Shown: positions 11,200 to 21,299 of the stretch, piece after piece
Numbering within the stretch: position 1 is the first letter of the stretch
Layout: each line of letters opens with the position of its first letter
NCBI GenBank assembly: GCA_965215185.1
Contig: OZ244034.1
Coordinates: forward strand, 2,784,001 to 2,848,000
DNA: 64,000 nucleotides
Direction: 5' to 3'
From: Acidimicrobiia bacterium
GTDB lineage: Bacteria; Actinomycetota; Acidimicrobiia; Spongiisociales; ZC4RG35
Notes under the pieces: model-generated
What the model saw: only the letters and a program-made list of their open reading frames with translations
Database searches by the model: none
What the model was told of the DNA's origin: nothing
Made by a program: the position numbers and the translations under genes

Positions 11200-11369
11200 T
11201 TCCATCTTTCCAGTCGGTCTGGGAGGGAGTCCCACAGTCTCATGAGGGCCCCTGAGATTCGCAGATATTGTTGCCCAGGGACCCTTTCCAAACTGTGCCT
11301 CCGCCAAACCTCTTCTACCGATCCAAGCTAGTATGCGAAGCGCGTCGAGAATGGAGGCGGTGGTATGGA

Positions 11370-12422
11370 ATGGATTTATTGAACGGAGTACGGGCACGGC
11401 CGGTCAGCACTGATCGCCTTAATGCCTTCATTTACGAATCGGGACCGGCGGACGGCATCCCGGTGGTGATGATCCACGGGAACCTCTCCACGGGACGTTT
11501 CTATGAACACCTTTGGCCGGGGGCGCCGAAACGATACCGCTTCATAGCTCCCGACATGAGATCGTTCGGCCGTTCGGAACCTAAACCGATTGACGCCACC
11601 AGGGGCCTGCGGGACTGGGCGGATGACACTTTCGCGGTGGTGAAAGCACTCGGAATCGAACGACCCGTTCACTTGGTGGGATGGTCGACGGGCGGCGCGG
11701 CCATCGCTGCTTATGCAATGGATAAAGAGGTTGCTTCGTTGACGTTCATAGACCCGGTGTCACCATACGGGTTCGGTGGTACTCACCGGGACGGCACCCC
11801 CTGCTATTCGGACTGGGCAGGTACTGGCGGGGGGACTGGCAATCCTGACTTCACCGCCCGTTTAGCGGATAAAGACCGTTCGTCGGACGACGTGATGTCT
11901 CCCCGCAATGTCATGAATTCTTCCTATTGGGCGCCCAATCATCGGGAACCGTCCGATCGGGAGGACCTGCTGGTCGACGAGGTGTTGTTGTCGGTCGCGG
12001 GCGATGATGGTTATCCGGGTGACTTTGCGGCCACGGGAAACTGGCCGGGGGTGGCGGCTGGTACCCGGGGAATTCTCAACGCTCTTTCAGGCAAATACTG
12101 CAATTGGTCCAATATCGTTGACTTGGATCCGAAGCCGCCCGTGCTGTGGACGCACGGCAGCGCCGACATCGTGATCGCTGATGGATCGGCTTGGGAGATG
12201 GGTACCTTGGGGCAGGCGGGATTCGTACCCGGTTGGCCTGGAGCCGACGTGTTCCCTCCCCAGTTGATGGTTTCCCAGATCCGTGATGTCCTCAAGCAGT
12301 ACCAAGGGGCTGGCGGTAGGGTTGAGATGGAGATGTTCGAAGGGTCGGGCCATGCCCCGCAGTTCGACGCCGCCCAAGATTGGGCAGAGTTGTTCTTTGA
12401 ATTTCTCGCGTCGGTGGAGTAG
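11370..12422 (+). CDS. Alpha/beta fold hydrolase
   Basis: IHGNLS, APDMRSFGRS, GWSTGG nucleophile elbow, GSGHAP. Confidence 0.88.
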   Translation: MDLLNGVRARPVSTDRLNAFIYESGPADGIPVVMIHGNLSTGRFYEHLWPGAPKRYRFIAPDMRSFGRSEPKPIDATRGLRDWADDTFAVVKALGIERPVHLVGWSTGGAAIAAYAMDKEVASLTFIDPVSPYGFGGTHRDGTPCYSDWAGTGGGTGNPDFTARLADKDRSSDDVMSPRNVMNSSYWAPNHREPSDREDLLVDEVLLSVAGDDGYPGDFAATGNWPGVAAGTRGILNALSGKYCNWSNIVDLDPKPPVLWTHGSADIVIADGSAWEMGTLGQAGFVPGWPGADVFPPQLMVSQIRDVLKQYQGAGGRVEMEMFEGSGHAPQFDAAQDWAELFFEFLASVE

Positions 12423-12446
12423 GAGCAGCCGGCGCCTCAGCCGCTT

Positions 12447-13187
12447 TTGAATCGGGCGCAAGACCCAATGGGGAGCACCTTCCCCCCGGCGAATGGCGGA
12501 ACTGCTGCCACCGGGGAAGAACTAACTGCTGCGCTGGTCGAGTGTCGGCGGTGTGAGCGGCTGGTGGCTTGGCGGGAAAAGGTGGCGACAGAGAAAAGAG
12601 CCGCCTATCGTGAGGAGGCCTACTGGGGTCGTCCGGTGGCGGGATTCGGGGATTGGGGCGCGCGCCTGGTGTTGGTGGGTCTGGCGCCTGCCGCCCACGG
12701 CGCCAACCGCACGGGGCGGATGTTCACCGGCGACCGATCCGGTGACTGGCTGTTCCGGGCCCTTCATCGGGCGGGGTTTGCTAACCAGGCCCACTCGGTG
12801 GGACCCGGTGACGGTCTCAGGCTCCGGGATTGCTGGGTCACAGCCTCGGTGCGGTGCGCCCCACCCAGTAACCGCCCTCTGGCCGAGGAGACCGCCAACT
12901 GCTCGGACTGGCTCACGGAGGAGTTGAGTCGTCTGCGGCGGATGAAAGTGGTGATGGCGTTGGGCGGTCTTGCTCACAGCAATCTGCTGCGTCTGGCTCC
13001 CCGCCTGGGTTGGTCTCCGCCTCGGCCCCGACCCAGGTTCGGACATGGAGCCATGACCGTATTGGGTGAGGGCCCGATCCTTGTCGCCTCGTATCACCCC
13101 AGCCAGCAGAACACCTTCACCGGTCGGCTCACTGAGCAGATGTTCGACGGCGTGTTCGAGATTGTCCGCCGGGTCTTGGACGGGTAA
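12447..13187 (+). CDS. udgB: Uracil-DNA glycosylase family 5 (UdgB-like, Fe-S)
   Basis: CRRCERL, GLAPAAHGANRTGRMFTGDRSG, VRCAPPSNRP, YHPSQQN; start uncertain. Confidence 0.9.
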   Translation: MNRAQDPMGSTFPPANGGTAATGEELTAALVECRRCERLVAWREKVATEKRAAYREEAYWGRPVAGFGDWGARLVLVGLAPAAHGANRTGRMFTGDRSGDWLFRALHRAGFANQAHSVGPGDGLRLRDCWVTASVRCAPPSNRPLAEETANCSDWLTEELSRLRRMKVVMALGGLAHSNLLRLAPRLGWSPPRPRPRFGHGAMTVLGEGPILVASYHPSQQNTFTGRLTEQMFDGVFEIVRRVLDG

Positions 13188-13305
13188 TTGTTCTGGGCGC
13201 CCGGCGCCCGAGTCTTTCGACAACCGGGCGGGAATAGCGGTTTCTGGTAATCACCAAGGTTCCGATAGCATCTGTTACTGAACTCTTGGAAGCGAATTTC
13301 AATCC

Positions 13306-14568
13306 ATGCTGAGTCTCGACAACCAAACCCTTGAGCGGTTCAGCGCCGCGGTGCCCGATTTATTGGCTTCCCAACGCCGGAATGCCCTTCACGCGTACCG
13401 TCGCCTGGCGATGCCCTCTTCGAAGGAGGAGAACTGGAAGTACGTCAATCTCGGGTTCGATCTGGATGAGATGAGTATTCCCACCGTTCCCGGCGATCCT
13501 CTTTCCGATGACGATTTCGTGGCCGCGCTCGGTAATCGGGCGGGAACTGCGGTCATGGTGGACGGCTGGCTGATGGGAATCGAAAACGACTCACAGGCGC
13601 GGTTCGGATCGACTGTGGAGGTTTGGGCAACCGATCCCTCGCCTGATCTGCTAACCCCGGACACCGATAAATTCGCTGCTGCCGCCCTTGCCTTTTCGAT
13701 TGACGGAATAACTTTGCGCATCCCTCGCAACCGGGTGGTGGACGCACCATTCGTGATCGATGTCCAATCCACTTGCCCGGATACCGTCACCTTCCCCACT
13801 CTGACCATCAGCGCGGAGGAGAATTCCGAAGCCACGGTGGTTGTTCTGTTTCGTTCCCCGGACGGGATGTCCAGTGTGATGGTTCCCAACCTGCAAACCA
13901 CGGTGGGATACGGCGCCCGTCTTTCGGTAACCACAGTCGGGATCATGGGGACCGACGGCACCAGCGTTATGCATCATCGCTCTCGGATTGGTCGCGACGC
14001 CACCTTGCGGGTGGGAGAGATCGGTCTGGGTGGCAAGTTGGCTCGCATGGATTTGCGCACCACACTGGCGGGAACGGGAGGAAGCGTCGAGGTGGTGGGC
14101 CTGTATTTCGGAGAAAGGCAGCAGGTGTTGGATTATCGGCTGGTGGTGAACCATGTGGGTCGCTCAACCAGTTCGGACGTGTTCTTGAAGGGAGGAGTGC
14201 AAGATCAGGCCGAGTCCATCTTCACCGGCCTGCTGCGAATCGAAGAGGATGCGGCTGGAACCTCGGCCTTCGAGACCAATCGCAATCTGGTGCTCTCCGC
14301 GGGCGCCAAGGCCAACTCGGTGCCCAACCTGGAAATCCTATGCAACGATGTCATCTGTGGGCACGGGTCCAGTGTGGGGCCACTTGAGACCGAGTCTCTC
14401 TACTACCTGATGAGTCGGGGAATCAGCAAAACCCGGGCGGAACGGGTGCTGGTGCGGGGCTTTTTTGAGGAAGCGATCAAGCGGCTTCCGCTCGATGACC
14501 TGAACCATCCGGCACGCCAGACTGTCAACCGGCGTTTCGCCGAAGCGCAGGAAGGTGGGAGAGTCTGA
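13306..14568 (+). CDS. sufD: Fe-S cluster assembly protein SufD
   Basis: EENWKY, NRNLVLS, ANSVPNLEI, DVICGHGSSVG, YYLMSRGI, VRGFF. Confidence 0.92.
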   Translation: MLSLDNQTLERFSAAVPDLLASQRRNALHAYRRLAMPSSKEENWKYVNLGFDLDEMSIPTVPGDPLSDDDFVAALGNRAGTAVMVDGWLMGIENDSQARFGSTVEVWATDPSPDLLTPDTDKFAAAALAFSIDGITLRIPRNRVVDAPFVIDVQSTCPDTVTFPTLTISAEENSEATVVVLFRSPDGMSSVMVPNLQTTVGYGARLSVTTVGIMGTDGTSVMHHRSRIGRDATLRVGEIGLGGKLARMDLRTTLAGTGGSVEVVGLYFGERQQVLDYRLVVNHVGRSTSSDVFLKGGVQDQAESIFTGLLRIEEDAAGTSAFETNRNLVLSAGAKANSVPNLEILCNDVICGHGSSVGPLETESLYYLMSRGISKTRAERVLVRGFFEEAIKRLPLDDLNHPARQTVNRRFAEAQEGGRV

Positions 14569-14900
14569 TGGCCTGGGTGGAGGCGGCGCGTTTGGCCGAT
14601 ATGGAGGAAGGAAAGGGTTTAAAGATCTGCCACGACGGCCATGTGGTGGCAGTGTTCATAGCTGAGGGAACGGTATACGCGGTGGCGGACCGATGCACGC
14701 ACGCGGAGGCGTCCCTGTCAGAAGGAGAGATCTTCGATACCGAGGTGGAATGCCCTCTTCACGGCGCAGTGTTCGATTTGACAACCGGGGTGGCGCTGAC
14801 CTTGCCGGCCACCCGGCCCGTCGCCACCTATCCGACGCGAGTGGAAGAGGGGAGGGTGTTGGTGAGTATTCCCGACAACGGAACGGAGGAAACCAGATGA
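14568..14900 (+). CDS. Rieske-type ferredoxin (SUF-associated)
   Basis: CTH...ECPLHG Rieske ligands; overlaps the sufD stop and sufC start. Confidence 0.92.
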   Translation: MAWVEAARLADMEEGKGLKICHDGHVVAVFIAEGTVYAVADRCTHAEASLSEGEIFDTEVECPLHGAVFDLTTGVALTLPATRPVATYPTRVEEGRVLVSIPDNGTEETR

Positions 14901-15700
14901 GCATGGCTTTGAAGGTTCGAGACCTGCAGGCCTCGGTGGGCTCCACGCAGATACTTCGCGGGGTGGATCTGGAAGTGCCGTTCGGCGAGATGCACGCTTT
15001 AATGGGGCCCAACGGGTCGGGTAAGAGCACTTTGTGCCACGTTCTTGCCGGCCATCCTGATTTCACCGCGGAGGGCCAGGCGTGGGTGGACGGTACGCAG
15101 ATACTGGGGTTGGAGGCCGATGAGCGGGCTCGATTGGGGTTGATACAGGCTTTCCAGAATCCGGTGGGGGTGCCGGGGGTGGATCTGCAAGAGATCATGA
15201 TGGAGGCGGCGGAGGAACGGGGTATCGATCCCGAGGAGGCAGAGCGCCGGATAGCCGAGGCTTCGCGGCGTTTCGATATGGATGCCTTCTTGGAGCGTTC
15301 GGTCAACGACAACCTGTCGGGGGGAGAGAAGAAACGCTCAGAGATCTTCCAAATTTCGGTCCTTTCTCCAAAGATTGCTCTCTTGGACGAGACCGACTCG
15401 GGGCTGGACATCGACATGGTGCGCACCGTGGCCGCGGCGGTGGAGGATATGCGCCGCCCCGACATGGGGGTGCTGATGATCACCCACCACTCACGGATTC
15501 TCGGTTATGTGGAACCCAACCGGGTACATGTGATGATGGGCGGAAAAATCGTAACCTCCGGCGGGCCCGACCTGGCCCACGAGTTGGAGAAGAGCGGTTA
15601 TGAGGGCCTGAGAAAACGACTTGGCATCGCGGCGCCCACCCCCGCTTCCACTCCTGAGCCTTCATTTGACTACTTCACTGATCTGCCCTTCACCAGCTAG
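14897..15700 (+). CDS. sufC: Fe-S assembly ATPase SufC (copy 1)
   Basis: GPNGSGKS, LSGGEKKR, LDETDSGLDID, ITHHSRIL; ATGA overlap with the Rieske gene. Confidence 0.92.
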   Translation: MSMALKVRDLQASVGSTQILRGVDLEVPFGEMHALMGPNGSGKSTLCHVLAGHPDFTAEGQAWVDGTQILGLEADERARLGLIQAFQNPVGVPGVDLQEIMMEAAEERGIDPEEAERRIAEASRRFDMDAFLERSVNDNLSGGEKKRSEIFQISVLSPKIALLDETDSGLDIDMVRTVAAAVEDMRRPDMGVLMITHHSRILGYVEPNRVHVMMGGKIVTSGGPDLAHELEKSGYEGLRKRLGIAAPTPASTPEPSFDYFTDLPFTS

Positions 15701-16908
15701 CCGGACCGGGGCGGCGAACCGATAGGTCGGACTCCCTGTTGGTGGCCCCCCAGGGTCCCAATCGCATTGACAGTTCGTTGCCAGGACCGACGCAGTTCGG
15801 CTTGCCGTTGGTGATCGAGGTCCGGATCGAGGAGCCGGCTGGTCACGGCCACAACCTGCATAACGTTTCGATCAACCCAGGTTGGGTTGTAGGTGATACT
15901 GGTGACCCCCACCCCGTCCGGGCCGTCGCCGATTTCCACAAAAAGGATCACACCGTCCTCGTTGGGGGGTCTTACCTGATTGGACAGGAAATTTCCCAGC
16001 CCGTAAACCACCCACAGGCCATCGATCCGAGTGACGGGTTGCAGGACATGGGCGTGGTGTCCTATCACCAGATCCACCGCGCCGACTTCTGCCAATGCCT
16101 GGGCGATTTGCTGTTGATAGACATTGGGCATGTGCTGATGTTCGGTTCCCCAATGCAGGGAGGCAACCACGAATTCGGCGCCCTCGGCTCGGGCTACGGC
16201 TGCATCGAGGGCGATGGTGTCCAGATCAATGAGGTTGACCCACCAGCTTTGGCTTCGGGGCAACTTCAGGCCGTTGAGTCCATATGTATATGAGAGGTGA
16301 CCCACACGGATACCGTTGGCCTCGTAGTGGGCGGCCCTTGGTGCCCCCTCTTCGGTGGCGGCGCCAGCGAAGGCCAAGCCGCTTTGCTGCATGGCTCCGA
16401 CAGTTTGGGCTACTCCGTCCACCCCGTAGTCAAAGGCATGATTGGAGGCTAGGGAGCATCCGTCCCAGCCGCTTTCCGCAATGGCCTCCACCAGTTCCGC
16501 AGGGGCGCTAAACCGCGGGTATCCGGCTGGGCTGCGGGATGAAATGGTAGTTTCCAAATGGCATATCGCTATATCGGCGTCCCGCAGTTGGCGGGCGACC
16601 TGTTCGAACATGGGTAGGAAATTGTATTCGCGATCGATGGGCTCAACCCAAGTTCTGTACATCTGCGGGGGTTCCACTATTGATGCGCTGCTGCCTTGGG
16701 AGTGGGTGCGTCGTGCGTAGTACCTGGCGAACTTGACCACCGGCAAGTGGGGAAGAATGTCGCCAGTAAAAGCCAACCTTGCGGTGCGGGGGGTGGCGGT
16801 TGTCTCCGGGTCGTCGGCGGGCAGTGATCCGGCGGTCAAGACGAGAAGCGAAAGGACCGTTGCCGAGGAGACAAGGCCAAACCATCGGGTGGGTACGCGT
16901 TTCATCAT
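15697..16908 (-). CDS. CapA/PGA_cap family metallophosphatase-fold protein, exported
   Basis: Signal peptide; FTGDIL, HLET, LASNHAFDYG, LHWGTE, GHHAHVLQP, YGLGNF. Confidence 0.9.
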   Translation of the reverse strand: MMKRVPTRWFGLVSSATVLSLLVLTAGSLPADDPETTATPRTARLAFTGDILPHLPVVKFARYYARRTHSQGSSASIVEPPQMYRTWVEPIDREYNFLPMFEQVARQLRDADIAICHLETTISSRSPAGYPRFSAPAELVEAIAESGWDGCSLASNHAFDYGVDGVAQTVGAMQQSGLAFAGAATEEGAPRAAHYEANGIRVGHLSYTYGLNGLKLPRSQSWWVNLIDLDTIALDAAVARAEGAEFVVASLHWGTEHQHMPNVYQQQIAQALAEVGAVDLVIGHHAHVLQPVTRIDGLWVVYGLGNFLSNQVRPPNEDGVILFVEIGDGPDGVGVTSITYNPTWVDRNVMQVVAVTSRLLDPDLDHQRQAELRRSWQRTVNAIGTLGGHQQGVRPIGSPPRSG

Positions 16909-16945
16909 GGCTTATGGCGTAATCGATGACAGATACCCTTAAAGG

Positions 16946-18400
16946 ATGACAGACGCGCGGGATCCGACCAAGGAACCGCCAGCCGACCAAACAAAAAGGG
17001 GTGAGGTGATGGAGTACCGGTCCGAGAGGGACTCGATGGGGGAGGTAATGGTTCCCGCCCACGCCTACTACGGTGCTTCCACGCAGCGGGCTGTGGACAA
17101 TTTCCCGATTTCCGGCACAGGTTTCGAGCGGCGGTTCATTTGGGCGCTGGGACTCATAAAGAAATCGGTGGCGACGGCGGCCGGGCGGGAGGGATACCTG
17201 GATTCGAGGATTGCCGAGGCGGTGAGTCAAGCGGCCTCTGAAGTGATGGAAGGACATTGGGACGGGCATTTTCCGGTTGATGTCTTCCAGACCGGTTCGG
17301 GTACCTCTACCAACATCAACGCCAATGAGGTGATAGCCAACCGGGCGACCGAGTTGTTGGGCGCGAAGCGGGAGGCGCGGCTGGTGCATCCCAACGATCA
17401 TGTCAATTTCGGGCAGTCGTCCAACGATGTCATACCCACCGCTATCCATGTGGCGGCGGCCGCGGCGGAGCATGAGTCACTCCTGCCGGCTTTGGAAACG
17501 CTTCGTCGTTCGCTGACCGCAAAATCAGAGGAATTCTCGGGGATGGTCAAGTCGGGCCGCACCCATCTGATGGATGCCACTCCGGTTACATTGGGTCAGG
17601 AATTCTCCGGCTATGCGGCGGCGATGAGCAAAAGCTCTGAGAGAATAAGAAAAGTTCTGGTGGAGCTCGAAGAACTCCCTCTAGGAGGGACGGCGGTGGG
17701 AACCGGCATCAACTGTCCCGAGGGTCTGGCCGAAGCGGCCATCGGGGTCATTGCGGAGAATTCGGGAATCCCTTTCACCGAGGCCTCCAATCATTTTGAG
17801 GCTCAGGCCGCAAAGGACGCTGCCGTAAACGCATCGGGTGCTCTCAAAACGGTGGCAGTCTCCCTTTTCAAGATCGCCAACGACCTTCGCTGGCTCTCGT
17901 CGGGCCCGGTCACTGGCATCGCCGAGATTCGGCTCCCGGCATTGCAGCCCGGTTCTTCAATCATGCCCGCCAAGGTCAATCCGGTGATTCCCGAAATGGT
18001 TATGCAGGTGGCTGCTCAGGTGATCGGCAACGACGCGGCGATCACCTGGGCGGGAGCCAACGGGAATTTCGAGTTGAACGTGATGATGCCGGTCATTGCT
18101 CGCAACCTCTTGGAATCCATCCGGCTGTTGGCCAACGCTTCGCGGGTTCTGGCGGAGAAGTGTGTGGACGGGATAGAAGCGGATGCCGAACGGGCTCGCA
18201 AGTTGGTGGAACGCAACGTGATAGTGGTGACCGCTCTCAACCCGCACATCGGATACGACGCGGGAGCTTCGGTGGCCAAGGAGGCCTTCGCCAGTGGCCG
18301 CACCGTTCGAGCGGTGGCGTTAGAGCGGGGTCTTCTGACCGAGGAGGAGTTGGACCAGATGCTTGACTTGGAGAAGATGACCGAAGGGGGGGTCTCCTAG
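16946..18400 (+). CDS. fumC: Class II fumarate hydratase
   Basis: [42 protein letters not shown]; start may be ATG ~17009. Confidence 0.95.
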   Translation: MTDARDPTKEPPADQTKRGEVMEYRSERDSMGEVMVPAHAYYGASTQRAVDNFPISGTGFERRFIWALGLIKKSVATAAGREGYLDSRIAEAVSQAASEVMEGHWDGHFPVDVFQTGSGTSTNINANEVIANRATELLGAKREARLVHPNDHVNFGQSSNDVIPTAIHVAAAAAEHESLLPALETLRRSLTAKSEEFSGMVKSGRTHLMDATPVTLGQEFSGYAAAMSKSSERIRKVLVELEELPLGGTAVGTGINCPEGLAEAAIGVIAENSGIPFTEASNHFEAQAAKDAAVNASGALKTVAVSLFKIANDLRWLSSGPVTGIAEIRLPALQPGSSIMPAKVNPVIPEMVMQVAAQVIGNDAAITWAGANGNFELNVMMPVIARNLLESIRLLANASRVLAEKCVDGIEADAERARKLVERNVIVVTALNPHIGYDAGASVAKEAFASGRTVRAVALERGLLTEEELDQMLDLEKMTEGGVS

Positions 18401-18828
18401 CTTTCCCCCAAGGCCTGTTCCAGGGTTATCCACGGAAGGGTGGCGCATTTGATCCGTACCGGATAGCGCCTGACTCCCGCCAAGGCAATCAGATCACCGA
18501 GGTCGGCATAACCGTTTTCGCTGGCGTCGCCAGACACCTGCATGAGCCCTTGGAAGCGGCTCGACAGGTGGAGGACTTCGGGGATGGGATTCCCAGAAAC
18601 GGCTTCACTCATGAGGGAGGCGCTCGACTGGCTTATCGAACAGCCCTTTCCCGCAACCGAGATGGCGCTGATGCTTCCATCCCGCAAATGCAGTTCGACT
18701 TTCACCTCGTCTCCGCACAAGGGATTGACGCCCTCTGAGGAGACATCGGGATCGGATAGTGGGGAACGATGGCGCGGGTTACGGTAGTGATCCAGGATCA
18801 CTTGCCGGTATACCTCTTGAAGAGACAT
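18397..18828 (-). CDS. sufU: SUF system NifU/SufU scaffold or sulfur carrier
   Basis: [37 protein letters not shown]. Confidence 0.93.
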   Translation of the reverse strand: MSLQEVYRQVILDHYRNPRHRSPLSDPDVSSEGVNPLCGDEVKVELHLRDGSISAISVAGKGCSISQSSASLMSEAVSGNPIPEVLHLSSRFQGLMQVSGDASENGYADLGDLIALAGVRRYPVRIKCATLPWITLEQALGES

Positions 18829-18861
18829 TTCTCTTATAGATTAGAAAAGTTCGGGGCCGGC

Positions 18862-19635
18862 CTAGCTACGAAAAGATTCATATCCTTCCGACTCCAACTG
18901 GGCGGTCAGCTCGGCGCCGCCGGTCTTCACCAGCTTTCCTCCCACCAGGACATGCACATAACTGGGAGTGATGTAGTCCAGCAGGCGCTGGAAGTGGGTA
19001 ATGATCAAGAAGCCTCGTTCGGGGCCGACCATGCGCTGCACTCCATCGGAGACGATGCGCAAAGCATCAATATCCAAGCCGGAATCGGTCTCGTCCAGGA
19101 TGGCCAGCTTGGGCTCGAGAACCGACATCTGCAGGATCTCGTTTCGCTTGCGCTCCCCACCCGAGAACCCCTCGTTGAGGTAGCGATCGGCGAAGCCGCC
19201 AGGGATACCTAACTCTGCCATGGTGTCCATTACCTTGAGCCGCAGTTCGATTATCGAGTAGTCGATACCGGTGCGGTTGGAGAGGGCCTGGCGGAGGAAC
19301 TGCACAATCGGAACACCCGGGATCTCGGTTGGATGCTGGAAGGCCATGAAGATGCCCCGATTGGCTCGCTTGTTGGGAAGATCTGCGGTGATGTCCTCTC
19401 CGTCGAAATAGATGGCGCCTTGGGTCACCACTAAACCCGGGTGGCCCATCAACACCGAGGCGAGGGTTGTTTTCCCTGAACCGTTGGGTCCCATTACCGC
19501 ATGGATCTCGTTGTAGTGGATTTCCAGGTCGATGCCATGGAGGATGGGGGTGCGGTTGGCTGCCGCCGAGACGTGCAGGTTTTCGATACGAAGAAGGGGT
19601 GTGGTGGTCACAGGACTCACACTAATGACGAGCAA
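18862..19635 (-). CDS. sufC: Fe-S assembly ATPase SufC (copy 2)
   Basis: GPNGSGKT, AFQHPTEIPGV, LNEGFSGGERKRNE, LDETDSGLDID; true start probably GTG 19611 or 19620. Confidence 0.93.
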   Translation of the reverse strand: MLVISVSPVTTTPLLRIENLHVSAAANRTPILHGIDLEIHYNEIHAVMGPNGSGKTTLASVLMGHPGLVVTQGAIYFDGEDITADLPNKRANRGIFMAFQHPTEIPGVPIVQFLRQALSNRTGIDYSIIELRLKVMDTMAELGIPGGFADRYLNEGFSGGERKRNEILQMSVLEPKLAILDETDSGLDIDALRIVSDGVQRMVGPERGFLIITHFQRLLDYITPSYVHVLVGGKLVKTGGAELTAQLESEGYESFRS

Positions 19636-19727
19636 TGAGCAAAAAAAACCGGTATTAGGACGAGACGGAACACCATCAAGGGCCCGGAATATCCCAAATC
19701 GACCGGTTTGGCATTATTGTGCGGCTT

Positions 19728-21299
19728 ATGTCCGATCTATCCCTTTGGGAGCCGGGGGAAGAATTAGAGCTTCCCAGCTTCCCATCCGCTGTCTTGGGCT
19801 ACCAGCGCAAGGCCGTCGACCAGTACCTGAAGAGCCTCGGGGAGACCAGAAACGCTCGTGCGACGATCCTCGTTTATCCCGACGCCCCGGTTCCAACCGA
19901 GCATTTGAACCGCTACCGGGATCTGGGAAGAGAGATAGGAGACTTGCTTTCGGTAGTACAAGAGACGGCTCGAAGGATCAGGGAGCAGGCTGAACTCGAC
20001 GCAGACCGCTGGCGTGGTGAGGCCACAACCGAAGTGCAAACCACAACCGCCGAGGCGCAGGCCATCGCTGAGGAACTCCGGTCAGCAGCCTGGGAAGTGG
20101 CCACTCAGATGATCGCGCAGATTCGAGACCTGGAGACCGAAACCTATCGCAATGTTGAAAAGGAATCACAGGAGATCATCGCCGAGGCCGAAAACGAGAC
20201 TCACCGTATTCGGGAGGACGCTCGTCGGAGAGCCGAGGCGATCCACAGCAACGCCAATGTGGAATCTCTGGAGGTGGAGGAGAGAACCAGAGCCCTTTGT
20301 GATCAGATGATTGAATCCGCCGAGCAGCAGGTCTTGGCCATTCAGGAGAGGGTGCTGGCGCTGGAGCGTCATCGTGACCAACTCTTGGAGGAGATCGGAG
20401 GAATTCGTTCAGGCGCCACGCCGATCGGTGTCAAGTTGGTTGATCAGACCGGTGGTTTGATCTATCGAACTTCCCCACCGGTAGAGGATCCCACCCATGT
20501 AACGCCTCACCATGAGATGTCAGGGTTGGTGAAGGTGATCGCCCCACCCGGGCTGCCGAAAGAAGACCCCCCAAGTCAACCCCATGTGGAGCCGCCCCGA
20601 CAACCGGCGCCGACAGTTGTCGAGGACACGCCTTCCCAAGATGTGGGAGACGAACCGGAAGGCTCTTCCTCTTCCCACTTCCAAGACTTGTTTTCTTCTC
20701 TCCGGCAGATCCCATTCGGCTCTTCGGAGCCAGTGGTGAGGCGCAAACAGGCCTCTGCACAACGTTCCGCTCCCCAGATGGGGGAGGAAGAGTCACGCAA
20801 TCTTAAAGAAGAGAGGTTGCTCCCGATATCCAACCACTTTCTCCGTCTGTTCAAGAGAATCTTGACCGAGGAGCAGAACCTGGTGCTGGAGGGAATACGA
20901 ACCGGGGAGTTGGTATGGGGAGTAGATGGGGTGGACGGGCGATTGCGTTCCCATCTGGAGATGCTTATGGAGCAGAGTTGGCTGGCGGGCCACAGCGCCG
21001 CGGAGCGGATGATTCGACAGAATATCCCCAAGCCGCAGATGGCTCTGGGAGGCGAAACAGGTTTCGCTCCCCAGTTGGTCTCCGATGTCAACGACGCCCT
21101 GGGATCGGCAGTGCCCTCGGAGAACGTCACCCAGCGGAGCCTGATCGCTTCTCGGATGTTTCGGGTGTGGAGAAGCGAGAAACTAGAGCGCCAAGTGCAG
21201 GAAATCAGCACCAAGTACTACCAACAAGGCTTGGATGGGTCGCTTGGAGCGGCAGGTGTTTCCCAGGATCGTGGGCCTAGACCAGTTGAGGTGGGTTGA
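19728..21299 (+). CDS. DivIVA-domain coiled-coil protein
   Basis: N-terminal F..AVLGYQRKAVDQYL (DivIVA motif), long Ala/Glu coiled coil, Pro-rich linker, helical C-terminal domain. Confidence 0.65.
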   Translation: MSDLSLWEPGEELELPSFPSAVLGYQRKAVDQYLKSLGETRNARATILVYPDAPVPTEHLNRYRDLGREIGDLLSVVQETARRIREQAELDADRWRGEATTEVQTTTAEAQAIAEELRSAAWEVATQMIAQIRDLETETYRNVEKESQEIIAEAENETHRIREDARRRAEAIHSNANVESLEVEERTRALCDQMIESAEQQVLAIQERVLALERHRDQLLEEIGGIRSGATPIGVKLVDQTGGLIYRTSPPVEDPTHVTPHHEMSGLVKVIAPPGLPKEDPPSQPHVEPPRQPAPTVVEDTPSQDVGDEPEGSSSSHFQDLFSSLRQIPFGSSEPVVRRKQASAQRSAPQMGEEESRNLKEERLLPISNHFLRLFKRILTEEQNLVLEGIRTGELVWGVDGVDGRLRSHLEMLMEQSWLAGHSAAERMIRQNIPKPQMALGGETGFAPQLVSDVNDALGSAVPSENVTQRSLIASRMFRVWRSEKLERQVQEISTKYYQQGLDGSLGAAGVSQDRGPRPVEVG

